Source: Malacoraja senta
Lineage: Eukaryota
NCBI GenBank assembly: GCA_038087875.1
Contig: CM075989.1
Location: forward strand, 17,238,001 to 17,302,000
Direction of reading: 5' to 3'
Length of the DNA stretch: 64,000 nt
Positions 26,671 through 39,660 of the stretch are shown here, one piece after another; position 1 is the stretch's first letter; every line of letters starts with the position of its first letter. A program made the position numbers and the translations under genes. Under the pieces are notes generated by a model, which ran no database searches, had not been told where the DNA came from, and was given only the letters and a program-made list of their open reading frames with translations.

Positions 26671-28001
26671 TAACAAATAACCATGGGGATTTCAATCACC
26701 TCAAAAATTAATTGGTCAGATAAATGGGGAATTTCCACAGGATTCCTTTCTAACTGAGTATGAGAGGCAAGATTTAATACCGCACCCAAAAGCAGATGAG
26801 TATCTGGGACGGCAGTGGCCAACTGATATGATTTCGGATAATAGTGAAGACGGACATGAGTGTGGAAAATAAACCTGCCAACAATATCAGCAAACAATGA
26901 CGTAGAACTGCAGTGGAAATTATTTGATACAAATTTTCCGCAGAAAAAAACCCAAGAACAAACCAAGCACTAATAAGAGCAGATGAATAATATGAAGGCA
27001 TAAAAAATATGAAGTTGAAGAAAGGGGCATTCATTAAGTATGAGGAGAGCAAACCAAGGGAAATCACGAAGAGGCAGGGAGTGAAGCCAAAATACAATTC
27101 ACAAGGCAAAATCAAACCATGGAACGAAATTATCAGGGAATGCAAGACAGAATTAAAAATATTCTACATGCATATCAATAGAGAAACAGGCTCTTTGGCT
27201 CAACTTGCCAAGCCGATAAAGATGCCCCATCTGCACGAGTTCCACCTGCCTGCATTTGGCCCATCTCCCTCTAAACCTTTCCTATCCATGTACCCGTCCC
27301 AATGTCTTTTAAAGGAATCTTAGTATGGAAACAGGGAGTCAAAACGACAGTGATGTTGAAAAATTTAACACCAGGGGAAGAACTGCCTGGTCCAAACATT
27401 TTGCTTCTAAATATTTTAAAAGATTGTAGAGAAGTGAGAGTGAAGGCAATATTACACATCATTAATAAAAACACATGTATTGCCTGAGGATTGACCGATA
27501 ACTAATATTCTACTTTATATTTGAAAGTAAGATAGAGCATGTGCAGGGAATAACAGATTCATTGCCGTACAACATTAAGACGTAAAATAAAAGGAATCTT
27601 ATGGAAAATGTTTCTTGAAGCATCAACCACGTTGAATTTTTAGGTAGGGTAATAGTATGCTATCATGCTGGAAGTCTTTGGAAACCTGAGTGCATTCATA
27701 CATAACATATGAATATGAATATGAATACATTCAGAGTAGATGAAGACATGACACAAGTAGCAACTGTGGATAGGCATGCTGAAGCGAAGAATATAAGGAC
27801 AGAGGCAAAAGATTGGAAGAAAGGTTCAGAATATATGATAAACCATATGTTTTTAGAATCTAAAATAGATTTCCTAAACGTGCGGACAATAAAATACAAT
27901 CCATAGTCAATACTGGCAACAAATAACAGAAAGACTAAATAAAGGGGAGGGGTGTTCATACAATTGGCAAAAGGATCTTGTTGATGTACAGATCAACAGA
28001 T

Positions 28002-28350
28002 GACGACAGATGGCGCAATGGGCTAAGTGTTCGGCTGGCAACCGGAAGGTAGCCGGTTCGAATCCCGCTTGGAGTGCATACTGTCGTTGTGTCCTTGGGC
28101 AAGACACTTCACCCACCTTTGCCTGCGTGTGAATGTGTGTGAATGTGTGTGAGTGATTGGTGGTGGTCGGAGGGGCCGTAGGCGCAGATTAGCAGCCACG
28201 CTTCCGTCAGTCTGCCCCAGGGCAGCTGTGGCTACAGAAGTAGCTCACCACCACCGAGTGTGACTGAGGAGTGAATGAATAATGCGATGTAAAGCGCCTT
28301 GAGTATTAGAAAGGCGCTATATAAATCCCATCCATTATTATTATTATTAT
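28002..28350 (+). mobile_element. tRNA-derived CORE-type SINE with an L2-like 3' tail (AFC-like)
   Basis: A box TGGCGCAATGG at 28011, B box GGTTCGAATCC at 28055, CORE-like GTTGTGTCCTTGGGCAAGACACTTCACC, L2-type stem-loop TGTAAAGCGCCTTGAG..AAAGGCGCTATATAAAT and an (ATT)n tail. Confidence 0.8.
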
Positions 28351-28757
28351 GTAGGAGAAATACTGGCTCTGACAACAGGAATAAACAGCTCACATGTTAC
28401 TCCGAAAATAAGAATATAAATGGGGTTTTAGAGCATGGATCCCAGCATGCAAATACGCAAATTATTAAAACAAGTTCTTGGTAAATAAGGCCATTAGAAA
28501 AGCAGATTGAAAACCTGGGTTTATTTTGAGTGGGATAGAATTGAAAAGTAACGTTACATTCACACCAGCACAAGGTTAAACCATACAAGCGAACGCTGTG
28601 GTAATTTTGATCCATACACAATATAATGTATTTTGAAGCAATGCAGAGGTATAATAGAATGAACAACAATAGCAGCAGAACACCTCTCAGGATAGCATAC
28701 AAACATCTCAGGCTTTTCTGCTTTGAGAAGTGAAACGGATGGTGTGACCTGAAATAA

Positions 28758-29070
28758 GCACGGTGGTGCAGCGATAGAGTTGCTGCCTTACAGCACCAGA
28801 GACCTAGGTTCGATCCTGACCACATGTGCTGTCTGTGCTGAGTTTGTACATTCCCCGCATGACCACGTGGGTTTTCTCCGGGTGCTCCGGTTTCCTCCCA
28901 CACTCCAAAGACATACAGGTTTGAATGTTAATTGGCTTTGGTGAAATTGTAAATTGTCCCTAGTGTGTAGGATAGTGTTAGTGTACGGGGTGATCGTTGG
29001 ATGGCACGGAACCAGTGGGCCGAAGGGCCTGCTTCTGCGCTGTATCGCTAAAGTCTAAAAAGTCTAAAGT
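28758..29070 (+). mobile_element. HE1-like V-SINE
   Basis: Same family, with a (CTAAAGT)n tail variant. Confidence 0.85.
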
Positions 29071-30764
29071 TTACTATTCGCGTCACTGTTCATTTTCAAT
29101 GCATGAAAAAGGCCAAAACTGGCTGCACCATTTTTTTGGTGAGGTATTTGTATCTGGGATAAGTTTATTGTAACATTTATTTAATCAGGTTAGTCCTCTG
29201 CTAAAATATTGACAGGAGGGATTTGTCATCTGAAGCACTCAAACAATTAGACTGAGAGTTTGGTGAGCTGATAAAAGCATCCAGCGGTAACAAATAGGCA
29301 GCAGGATCCAAAAGCATAGCACAGCTGGCAAAAGATTCATCATCGACTTTGTGAAACGATACACAAGGTGGTTGTACAGAATTATACCAACGCTGCTTAT
29401 TAAATAGTTTCTGGACCAAATGCCAATATAATCAATTGTGTAACTACTGAGCATTTCAAAGTGTCTTTTTAAATACAAACATCTCTGCGGAAATCTTCTA
29501 CTGTGAAGAGAGTAGACTGGGAATTCATCACATTTATCTTTGCAATGGTTCCAGCTGCACGATCACTTTATGCCCCAGCCACGAGCTGACTGAGGACACC
29601 AGCAGAGCTGACAAAAGCTCTCCATTTCATGTCTTCAGTTTAAAACTATGACTGCAATATTATTTTAGGTGCTTCTGTTTCTTCTTGTTTGCAACAGAGC
29701 AGAGCTTGGCTTGAACTGAGAGTGAACAGCCCCACAAGATTTCATCAAAAAGTACTATTTTAACGAGCCCAGATGTTGGGTGGGGCCGGGTTGGCTGCAA
29801 TGCATTAACCATTCAATGATGTGCTTCAGTACCATGTCCTTTAGTCCCAAGTGAGTATGCGGCAAAGATGCAGTGATCTACAAGAACCACTGTAGCAGCG
29901 ATGGAATGACAGTGAATTCAGATCGTTACTGCAGACTCACTCTTGGCTTTGCAGTAAAACTCTGTTAATCTGCACACTCGGGATTGTATTGGCACCGGAA
30001 TAATAGATTTTATGGACAATCGAGTGTTTGATTTATTTGTACTTCAACATACTTTTAGTTCACTTTTTTTTAAAAGATGTTATGCGACAACATTTCAGCG
30101 AACCTGCTCAGTTTCAAGCGAGTGTGTTGAACATAAGCAGTGGAGTTTACAGGGAGAGTGTGAACAGTGATCTTGGCAACTGAGCGGAGAGCTGGGAACT
30201 TGGGTCCAAGTGAATGGGAGAGAATATAATAGGAAGCCCAAAAGAAAAAAATACATACAGAATGTGGAATATAACTAGAGAGAAGGTGCAGATGAAAAAG
30301 TGTGAGTGTCGCAACGAGGTAGATTGGAAGATTGTAGATACATCCTTAGCATATGAGAGGTCCGTTCAAGAGTTTGATAACAGTGGGGAAGAAGCTGATG
30401 GTACGTACTTCCAAGGTTTTGTATCTTCTGCCCCACAGGAGTGGGGAGAAGGGAGAATGACCAAGGTGTGAGTGGTCCTTGATTAGATTGGCTGCTTTCC
30501 TGAGGTAGCTTCAAGTGTAGATGGAGTGGAGGCTGGTTTGTGTGATGAGCTGGCATATACAGCACTTTGTAGTTTCTTGCGGTCTTGGGCACAGAATTGC
30601 CTTCCCAAACTGCGAAGCATCCCGATAGGATGCTTTCTATGGGGCCAAGCCAGATGCCAAACCACGTCTGAAACCACACGTGTCAGATGCCAAGAGAAAA
30701 AGACGAGTTTCAGATAAGCCACAATTTTAGTGAAGGGTGCACACAAACTGTTGAATGATAAGCC

Positions 30765-30906
30765 TTTCTTCTTCCTGCCCCCCCCCCCACCCCCACCCCC
30801 ACCCCCACATCAGTCTGAAGAAGGGTCTCGACCAGAAACACCGCCTATTCCTTCGTCCATAGATGCTGCCTCACCAGCTGAGTTTCTCCAGCATTTTTGT
30901 CTACCA
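30765..30906 (+). mobile_element. Penelope-like element 3' end fragment
   Basis: Hammerhead-like motif and the family 3' end. 11-bp TSD aatgataagcc at 30754-30764 and 30907-30917. Confidence 0.85.
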
Positions 30907-31577
30907 AATGATAAGCCATGTCCTTTTCTGTGAGTGATGTCATCACAATAATGTTCTTATTTTTAAAATTGGGTTTAAAGTTCCATCCAGCTCTTGATTC
31001 TGCTGGTAAGGGAGGGAGCAAGCACGCTGGCCGTCCTCCTGACAACAGGCCGTGCACTTTGCCCTCAACATTCCGGTCAACCAGAGTCGTATCTGGAGTT
31101 CGCCGTGAAGGTCGCTCTTTGTGTCCAAATATTCAACAGAGAAAATGGTGAGAGCTGAAGCTGGAGCGTTTCCAGAGCATGTGTTTCCTGTAGTGGTTTT
31201 CAGGTGCTAAATCTAGCTTTACTTGACATACATTGCAGTCCCTTGTCAGCTTTGAAATGAAACTTTCAACCCAGTCCCCATTTGCCCTCTCAGATGGCTG
31301 CAAACAGTCCCAACACATGATTCGTACAAGAATGGGTGAGTTCACCTGGTATCTGGCCAATTTTATCCCTAAATCGCTGCACTTATGCAAGCTTGCTGGG
31401 TATGGAGCAGCTTGGCCATTTACTGCTTTAGTGCTCAATGTCAGTCATGGCACAGTCACAGGGACTCTCTCTGGCAGCAGAATATCCTGGGCAGCTACTG
31501 TAAAAGAAGCTTTAGAAACGGTTGTTCTTCATGGTTCATTGTGTTTGGGTCAGGACAGGGCAAGGAGTCCAAACTGT

Positions 31578-31866
31578 GGGGCAGCACGGCGGCAATGCGG
31601 TAGAGCTACTGCCTTACTGCGCTAGAGACCCAGGTTCGATCCTGACTATGGTTGCTATCTGTGTGGAGTTTGTACGTTCTCCCCGTGGGTTTTCCCCGGG
31701 TACTCCAAAGACGTACAGGTTTGTAGGTTAAGTGGCTTTGGTAAAGATTGTAAATTGTACCTAGTGTAGGATAGTGCTAGTATATGGGGATCACTGGTCG
31801 GTGTGGGCAAGGTGGGCCGAAGGGCCTGTTTCTGTGCTTTGTCTCTAAACTAAACTAAATTAAACT
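31578..31866 (+). mobile_element. HE1-like V-SINE (an older related copy follows at about 31974-32230)
   Basis: Same family. Confidence 0.8.
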
Positions 31867-33707
31867 ATGCTCCTCTCTTTCTACCTTCCCCCCACTTCTC
31901 TCTTCAAGCACCTGTGCTAAACCTTCATTCTGTGTCAGAGTGCCAACTGTTCTCTCCAATGGTTACATACCAAGGGTGGCACAGTGGCGTAGCTAGTAGC
32001 CTCACAGCGCCAGTTACCTGGGGTTTGATCCTGCCCTCGGGCGCTGCCTGTGTGGAGTTTGCACATCCTCCCTGTGACAGCGTGGGTTTCCTCCAGGTGT
32101 TCTGATTTCCTCTCACATCCAAAGGATGAACCGATTTGCAGATTAATTGGCCTCTGTAAATTGCCAGGAATGTGTAAGGAGTGGATGCGAAAGTAGGGTA
32201 ACATAGATCTAGTGTGAACTGATGATGGACGGTTTCATCTGAATTAAACAACATCTGCCATTGCTCGATCCACTGTAATTTCGGCTGGGAAAGTGTGGCA
32301 CGAGTTACTGTTGGTAGAATTGGATATCCATGGACATAATTTTGAAAACATCCTTCGCCCAAAGTGTAAGTTGGATGCACTAAGGCTCACAAAGTCATGT
32401 TTGGACTTAATTTTAGTCCAAGGCAAAATGTCTGTCTCCTTCTGCCCTTCCACATCTGTGGAGTGACCTTCTGTTTATTCACCACAGGATGTAATCCCCA
32501 CTTCAAGGCGGCTTTTATTTATCCTCCCTCGCCGCTGTCCAGGAGGCCTCCTTGAACTGTGTGAGTCCTAGTTTAGTTTAGTGGGAGCAAACCTGAGCAC
32601 CTGGAGAAAGCCTACGCAGGTCATGAGGAGAATGTACAAACTCCATACAGACAGCTCCCGTGGTCAGGATCGGACCCGGGTCTCTTACGCTGTAAGGCAG
32701 CAACTCTACCGCTGCGCCATCGTGCCACCCTCCTCGTGATGAGCGCTCTCTCACAGTGAGGTTATACAGAGAGTTACAGCATCTTGACAGAGCACGGGTG
32801 AACAGTCAAGCCGATATTTCCAAGCCAGAAAGGGTCCTTGCAGATGGAGTTCCCACCTTCTCCCCGTAGTCTGGAATGTGCCAATTCAAAGTCAGGCAAA
32901 GACTTGAGATCCATGGGCACCAATTATTATTTCAGTATTACAACGTCATTGGTATACATCACACTTATGATGAAGGAGTGGTCATGAATTAGCTGCAGAG
33001 TCTGGACGCTGAGTTTGTTATAGAATTCTTACACCAATGTTCTGGCACCAAGTTGCTTGCCTGCAACAAGCACAACCTTCTCTCCTTCAGCAAGGCATGA
33101 ACGCAGTCATTGTTGAGATTTGCACCTCATCCCCATGAGAGTGAATTGCTCCTTCACGCTACTCTCAGTAAAATGACAAGAGTGATGACCCTCATCTCAC
33201 CTCTGCAACCTGTCCATGTTTGGTCCACAACTGGAAAGAAGTTGAACTAGAGAAACCCAGAGTGAGCAGCAACGAGCAACTTACACATCACGATTCAGGG
33301 ACATTTTCTTCCCACCTGTTATCAGGCAACTGAACCATCCCATCATCAACTGGATAGTTGTTGGAATGGTACCTCACTGGAGATGCGCGGACTACTTTAA
33401 TGGAACTTTGCTGGACTTTATCTTGCACTAAATGTTATTTCCCTTTATCGTGTATCTGAAACACTGTGAATGGCTCAATTGTAATCGTATATAGTTTTTT
33501 CCTCTGTGTTGGCTAAAAAAAAACTGGATGTTGCTAATTTGAAGTAGAAGTTGACAATGAGGCAAATACCTCATTTTTGGGGCAGCATCCATGGAGTGAA
33601 AAACAGAGAGAGCACTGCTCAGGGAATATATCATTGAATGTGTGTCAAGGGACTGACACTTGGACGAGCCTAGTCAAATACCTGAAGTGATGTGAAGTAG
33701 AGTGTAG

Positions 33708-33972
33708 ACTGCAGATGCTGGTTTACACTGAAGATGTAAATGCTGGAATAACTCAGCAGGACAGGCAGCATCTCTGGATAGAAGGAATGGGTGAAGTTTC
33801 GGGTCGAGACCCTTCCTCAGACTCAATGGGTGACATTTTGGGTCGAGACCCTTCTTCTGCAGAAGAGGAAGTCATCAGTCTGAAGAAGGGTCTCGACCCG
33901 AAACGTCGGCCAATCCTTCTATCCAGGGATGCTGCCTGTCCTGCTGAGTTACTCCAGGATTTTGTGTCTATC
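33708..33972. mobile_element. Penelope-derived fold-back element with three hammerhead-like cores
   Basis: Two decayed cores on the minus strand and one intact core on the plus strand, between inverted arms. Confidence 0.8.
33880..33907 (+). ncRNA. Minimal hammerhead ribozyme core
   Basis: CUGAAGA-A-GGGUC UC GACCC-GAAAC GUC. Confidence 0.6.
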
Positions 33973-34070
33973 TGTGATGTGAAGCGGGACTGAAACAGCC
34001 TGTCATGTTTCATTCCTGAAAACCAACCAAACACTGAAAAAAAAATCTCTTATGACTGAATTTGTACATA

Positions 34071-35147
34071 CAGTGCCCTCCATACTGTTTGGGACAAAGA
34101 CCCATCATTTATTTATTTGCCTCTGTACTCCACAATTTGATATTTGTAATAGAAAAAAATCACATGTGGTTAAGGTGCACATTGTCAGATTTTAATAACG
34201 GCCATTTTTATACATTTTAGTTTCACCATGTAGAAATTACAGCAGTGTTTATACATAGTCCCCCCATTTCAGGGCACCATAATGTTTGGGACACAGCAAT
34301 GTCATGTAAATGAAAGTAGTCATGTTTAGTATTTTGTTGCATATCCTTTGCATGCAATGACTGCTCGAAGTCTGCGATTCATGGACATCACCAGTTGCTG
34401 GGTGTCTTCTCTGGTGATGCTCTGCCAGGCCTGTATTGCAGCCATATTTAGCTTGTGCTTGTTTTGGGGGCTAGTCCCCTTCATTTTTCTCTTCAGCATA
34501 TAAAAGGCATGCTCAATTGGGTTCAGATTCACTTGGCCACTCAAGAATTTACCATTTTTTAGCTGTGAAAAACTCCTTTGTTGCTTTAACAGTATGTTTG
34601 GGAGCATTGTCTTTCTGTAGAATGAACTGCTAGCCAATGAGTTTTGAGGCATTTCTTTGAACTTGAGCAGATAGGATGTGTCTGCACACTTCAGAATCCA
34701 TTATGCTACTACCATCAGCAGTTGTATCATTAATGAAGATAAGTGGGCCAGTACCTCCAGCAGCCATACATGGCCAGGCCATAACACCCCCACCAGCGTG
34801 TTTCATAGATGAGGTGATATGCTTTGGATCTTGGGCAGTTCCTTCTCTCCTCCATACTTTGCTCTTGCCATCACTCTGATACAAGTTAATCATCGTCTCA
34901 TCTGCCCACAAGACCTTTTTCCAGAACTGTGGTTACTATTTTAAGTACTTCTTGGCAAACTGTAACCCGGCCAAACTATTTTTGCAGCTAACCAGTGGTT
35001 TGCATCTTGCAGTGTAGCCTCTGTATTTCTGTTCATGAAGTCTTCTGCGGACAGTGGTCATTGACAAATCCACACCTGACTCCTGAAGAGTGTTTCTGAT
35101 CTGTCGGACAGGTGTTTGGGGATTTTTCTTTATTATAGAGAGAATTC
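34071..35147 (-). mobile_element. Truncated Tc1 DNA transposon (DD34E transposase pseudogene plus one IR/DR end)
   Basis: TA|CAGTGCCCTCC terminus with an inner direct repeat near 34270. Transposase motifs WADET, KHAGGGVMAW, QKDNAPKH, LNPIEH and GYATKY*. Several in-frame stops and a short deletion in WPSQSPDL. Confidence 0.92.
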
Positions 35148-36079
35148 GCTAACAAGCAGAAAATTCCGACCCTCTGAACCAGAAACTTTCTCTTGCATCT
35201 CACATTGAGCAAGGAAGCTTAAGGGAAGGATCTAGAAGAAATATACCAGTGCCGGTGTTCATGAATTGAACAAATAGATTTCTCTGAAGAAAAGGGCACG
35301 ACCGAAATGTGGCTTATCCTTGTCCTCCACAGATGCAGCTGGACCCGCTGAGTTACTCCAGCACCTTGAGTTTTGCTCTAGATTCCAGCATCTGCAGTTC
35401 CTTGTTTCTCCCTCTGTCAACTGTTCAGTGTAGTCCGCTCCCATTACCCTGCACAGGACACGGCCTCTGGTGTGATGCTGCTGGTGTGTGTGTGATCCAG
35501 GGTTTACCCCTGCAGGTCAGTTATGTGGAAACCTCGTGAATGAGGCCGGTGAGATGGGAGGAATCTGTACAGAGTCTGTCCTCCACCCACGATGAACTGG
35601 GCCAAGGGCAGACTAAAGGAGGGGCAAGTGTTCCAATGAGATGTGAGGATACGAGAGAAGGCGTGCCAAGGGAAACATAAATCTACTTTTCAAAAGGTCC
35701 TTTTTTTTTTGTTTTGCCTCTGAGGTAAAGGCAGGTGATTATTTGATTTGGAAAGTTAAGCACAGAGTATTTCAGGGAGGCAGTGGGCCTGTTCTCATTA
35801 CACACAGCTGCTGCCAAACAGCTGTGCAAACTTAAGGTGAATATGTCTCAGGGGCCGGATAGGATAGATCCAAGCATCCTCATGGAAGTTAGGGAGGAAA
35901 TTGCAAGAACTCAGCCATAAATCTTCCAGAAATTGTTGAATACCAGAGAGGTGCCTGAGGCAGGAAAGCAACTGCAGACCTGTGAGTTTGACACCCATGT
36001 GTGTACTAACGGTGGGATCTCACAATGCTTGGATGGAACTATCTGAAAATCTATTCTCCGGATTGCGGGAGAGGAAGGA

Positions 36080-36582
36080 TTAGATTTCAGAGACACAGCA
36101 TGGAAACAGGCCCTTCGGCCCACTGAGTTTTCACCGACCAACGATCATCCCGTACACCACACTATCCTACACACTCGGGACAATTTACAGATGTCAATTA
36201 ACATGCAAACCTGAAGATAGACACAAAATGCTGGAAGATTTGAGCAACTCAGTGGGACAGGCAGCATCTCTGGATAGAAGGAATGGGTGACGTTTCCGGT
36301 CGAGACCCAAAACGTCATCTATTATTTTTCTCCAGAGATACTGCCTTTCCCGCTGAGTTACTCCAGCATTTCGCGTCTATCTTCGGTGTAAACCAGCATC
36401 TGTAGTTCATTCCGACACATAACCTACAAACCTGAGAGTGGGAGGAAACTGGAGCACCCGGAGAAAACCCACGCGGTCACAGGGAGAACATACAAACTCC
36501 ATACATAGCACCCATAGTCAGGATTGAACCCGGGTCTCTGGCGCTGTAGACACCAGCTCCACCGCTGCGTCACTGTGCTGCC
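36080..36582 (-). mobile_element. HE1-like V-SINE interrupted by a Penelope-derived fold-back insertion (about 36215-36419)
   Basis: SINE halves flank the insert. Imperfect 16-bp duplication taacatgcaaacctga / taacctacaaacctga. Confidence 0.8.
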
Positions 36583-37352
36583 CAGGTGTAGCTACTCTAC
36601 ATTGTTGGATTTCACTGAGGATGGACAGAGGCGCCAACTGGGAAAGGCAATGGATTGCTCAGTGTGGATTTACGTTAAAAAAAATAGAAAAGAGAACAGA
36701 ATTCCTTTGGGAAAGCAGTTAATGAAAATAAAGAAACCCAGAAGTAGTGGAAATACCAATAGGTTAACAAAGTACTGGAGCAGGGAGTCACTGACACAGC
36801 AGCTGTTTGAACTTGATGTAAAAATAGCAGACTGCCAAGCTGCCTTGGGTAAGTTAGAGGAAGGGGTGAGAACACGTGAACACTCGAGGCAGCAGCTGAA
36901 CTCTGTAGAGAACTGCAAGGTGCTTTGTGTGGACACACTCATAAAATCTAGCAGCGACTTGACAAATGCAAAGAAACTGAAGTATATTTAAAAAAATTAA
37001 AAACCTATGAATCCTGTTTGGCAAATGTAACCTCTTGCAGGGGCCTTGAGTACATATACAAGGCAGCAGAGGGTTAATATTGGACTGATATAGCAGAGTA
37101 ACCCAACACATATAGAGTCATGGAGCAAAGAATATAGAAAAAGGCCCTTCGGCCCAACTTGCCCATGCCGACCAAGATGCCCCATCTACACCAGTTCCAC
37201 CTGCCCACATTTTTTTAACGTAGTTTAATTCAGTTTTGGTCACCACAGGACTGAGGGAATTTTGGCCACTTGAGAGTGCACCAGATTAATTGAGATGCAG
37301 AAGGGGTTGGATTGTATGGAGCGATTTCATTCTCTGGACACTCGGCTGCTTC

Positions 37353-37670
37353 GGGCGGCACGGTGGCACAGCGGTAGAGTTGCTGCGTTACAATGCAAGT
37401 GACCCCGGTTCGATCCTGACTATGGGTGCGGTCTGTACGGAGTGTGTACGTTCTCCCCTGTGACCGCATGGGTTTTTCTCCGGATGCTCCGGTTTGCTCC
37501 CACTCTCCAAAACGTAGAGTTTTGTAGGTTAATTAATATTGGTAAAAATTGTAGATTTCCCTAATGTGTAGAATAATGCTAGTGTACGGGGTGATCGCTG
37601 GTCAGCGTGGACTCGGTGATCCGAAGGGCTTGTTTCCGCATTGTATCTCTAAAGTCTTAAAGTCTGAAGT
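37353..37670 (+). mobile_element. HE1-like V-SINE
   Basis: Same family. Confidence 0.85.
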
Positions 37671-38613
37671 TCTGGAGCCACGCACCTTGCTCAACGTCTA
37701 TGCCATCTGCATCTGCGACCTAAATAGAAAGCCCCCATCCCCATATGTCCAAACTACACCCTTATACCTCCAACCAACACCAGGCCCACCCTTCCACACC
37801 CCAGCAGTAGCTGATGGTCTGGCCCCATCTCACCAGCAGAGTACAGTAAAGGGCAGGTTTGGAGAGCTGTTCGTGATATCCATCTGCTCCTTATCGTTCT
37901 GATCGTGTTCTTTAATCAGTTCCATGTGTTCGCAGAAAATGCTCTACAAGGGCGGTCAAAACTTCAAGAAATTCAGGCAGGAACAAAGCCCCTATTTTAT
38001 ACGTCTCTTCGGCTGCCACTGTGGCACATGTGTTTCCAAGCTTTAGATGGTTTAGAGTGCAGTGGTTTAGATGATGCTTGCTGTCGAGTAGTGTTACAGT
38101 TGTGGTTTTCTTTTATTGGCTGACATCTGCAAGGCCAGCATTAAAACGAAGAGTCTCACCAAAGCCCCGCTCGCTCCTGTAGGTCAGGGTGAACGCTGGG
38201 AAACTTTCAACAGTCAGCTGGCTCATTTAATGGTCTCAGGACCTTGAGGTTGTGTCCTGATACTCTTGGCCCGCCACCGGAGCACAGGAAGATCGGATAT
38301 TAGGCACCGGAATGCAGTGAACAAGCCAATATGGAGCAACGGAGTGGTCTCCTTAGCCCGGGGAGGGAGGGAGGGTCATCTGAAGTGGAGGAAGATTCTT
38401 TTTTTTTTTAAAAGACTGTTGTGACGTCCATGTGAAAGAGTCGGATGGAAGGAGAGGGAGTGAGGAGGGAATGACAGGCGGAGAGGGGAAAAGTAGAGGC
38501 AGGAAATTGAGAAGGACAATCGACAAAGCGGATGGGAGCAGGAGACCAGAGAAAGAAGAAGGGGAATGACGCTGAGAGGACAGGAATAGCAATGAAGAAG
38601 CTGCAGAACTCTA

Positions 38614-38935
38614 GGGGCGGCACGGTGGCGCAGCGGTAGAGTTGCTGCTTCACAGCAAATGCAGCGCCGGAGACCCGGGTTCGATCCTGACTCCGGGTGC
38701 TGTCTGTACGGAGTTTGTACGTTCTCCCCGTGACCTGCGTGGGTTTTCTCCGAGATCTTCGGTTTCCTCCCACACTCCAAAGACGTACAGGTTTGTAGGT
38801 TAATTGGCCTGGTAAATGTAAAAATGGTCCCTAGTGGGTGTAGGATAGTGTTAATGTGCGGGGATCGCTGGTCGGCGCGGACCCGGTTGGCCGAAAAGGC
38901 CTGTTTCTGCGCTGTATCTCCAAACTAAACTAAAC
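38614..38935 (+). mobile_element. HE1-like V-SINE, young CpG-rich copy
   Basis: Full length, with intact A and B boxes and most CpGs retained. Confidence 0.88.
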
Positions 38936-39018
38936 ATGGAGCGATAAACTGGGTATACAAGGAACTGCAGATGCTGGTTTACATCTCATCCAGCTTTTTC
39001 TCCTCTCATACAATCCGT

Positions 39019-39046
39019 CTGAAGAAGGGTCCGGACCCGAAACGTC
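39019..39046 (+). ncRNA. Minimal hammerhead ribozyme core
   Basis: CUGAAGA-A-GGGU CCGG ACCC-GAAAC GUC. Confidence 0.6.
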
Positions 39047-39342
39047 ACCTATCCATGTTCTCCAGACGTACTGCTTGACCCGCTGAGTTACTCCAGCACC
39101 TCGAATCTATTGTGTGGTAGACTTGGGGCAGGAGAGTTAAAAAGTACTGGGGAGGAACAGAAGAGATACAGGGACAAGAGAAGATGATTGAGGTGTGAGG
39201 GAGAACTAGATAAAGCAAGAGGAGTTTCAAAGAGCAAATGGATGGATGTAATAGTGAATTAGTGGGGACTGGACAGGAGGAAGGGAAGAATACAACTGGA
39301 AGAGATGTTTGATCTATTGGAGTAAGTAGAAGGTAATGTTTT

Positions 39343-39660
39343 GGGGTGGCACAGTAGCGCAGCAATTTGTACAGTTGCTGCTTTACAGTGCCAGAGACCT
39401 AGGTTCGATCCTGACCACGGGTGCTGTCTGTATGGAGTTTGTACGTTCTCCCTGTAACTGGGTGGGTTTTCTTCAGCGCGCTCCCGTTTCCTCCCACACT
39501 CCAAAGACGTGCAGATTTGTAGGTTAATTGGCTTAGATAAAATTGTAAATTGTCCCTAGTGCGTAGGATAGTGCGAGCGTACGGGGTGATTGCTGGTCAG
39601 CATCGACTCGGTGGGCCGAAGGGCCTGTTTCCACGCTGTATCTCTAAATTCTAAATTCAA
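39343..39660 (+). mobile_element. HE1-like V-SINE
   Basis: Same family. Confidence 0.85.

Noticed and set aside
36524..36991. 155-aa ORF with a coiled-coil-looking C-terminus
   Set aside because: It starts inside a SINE and has no recognisable family or splice support.
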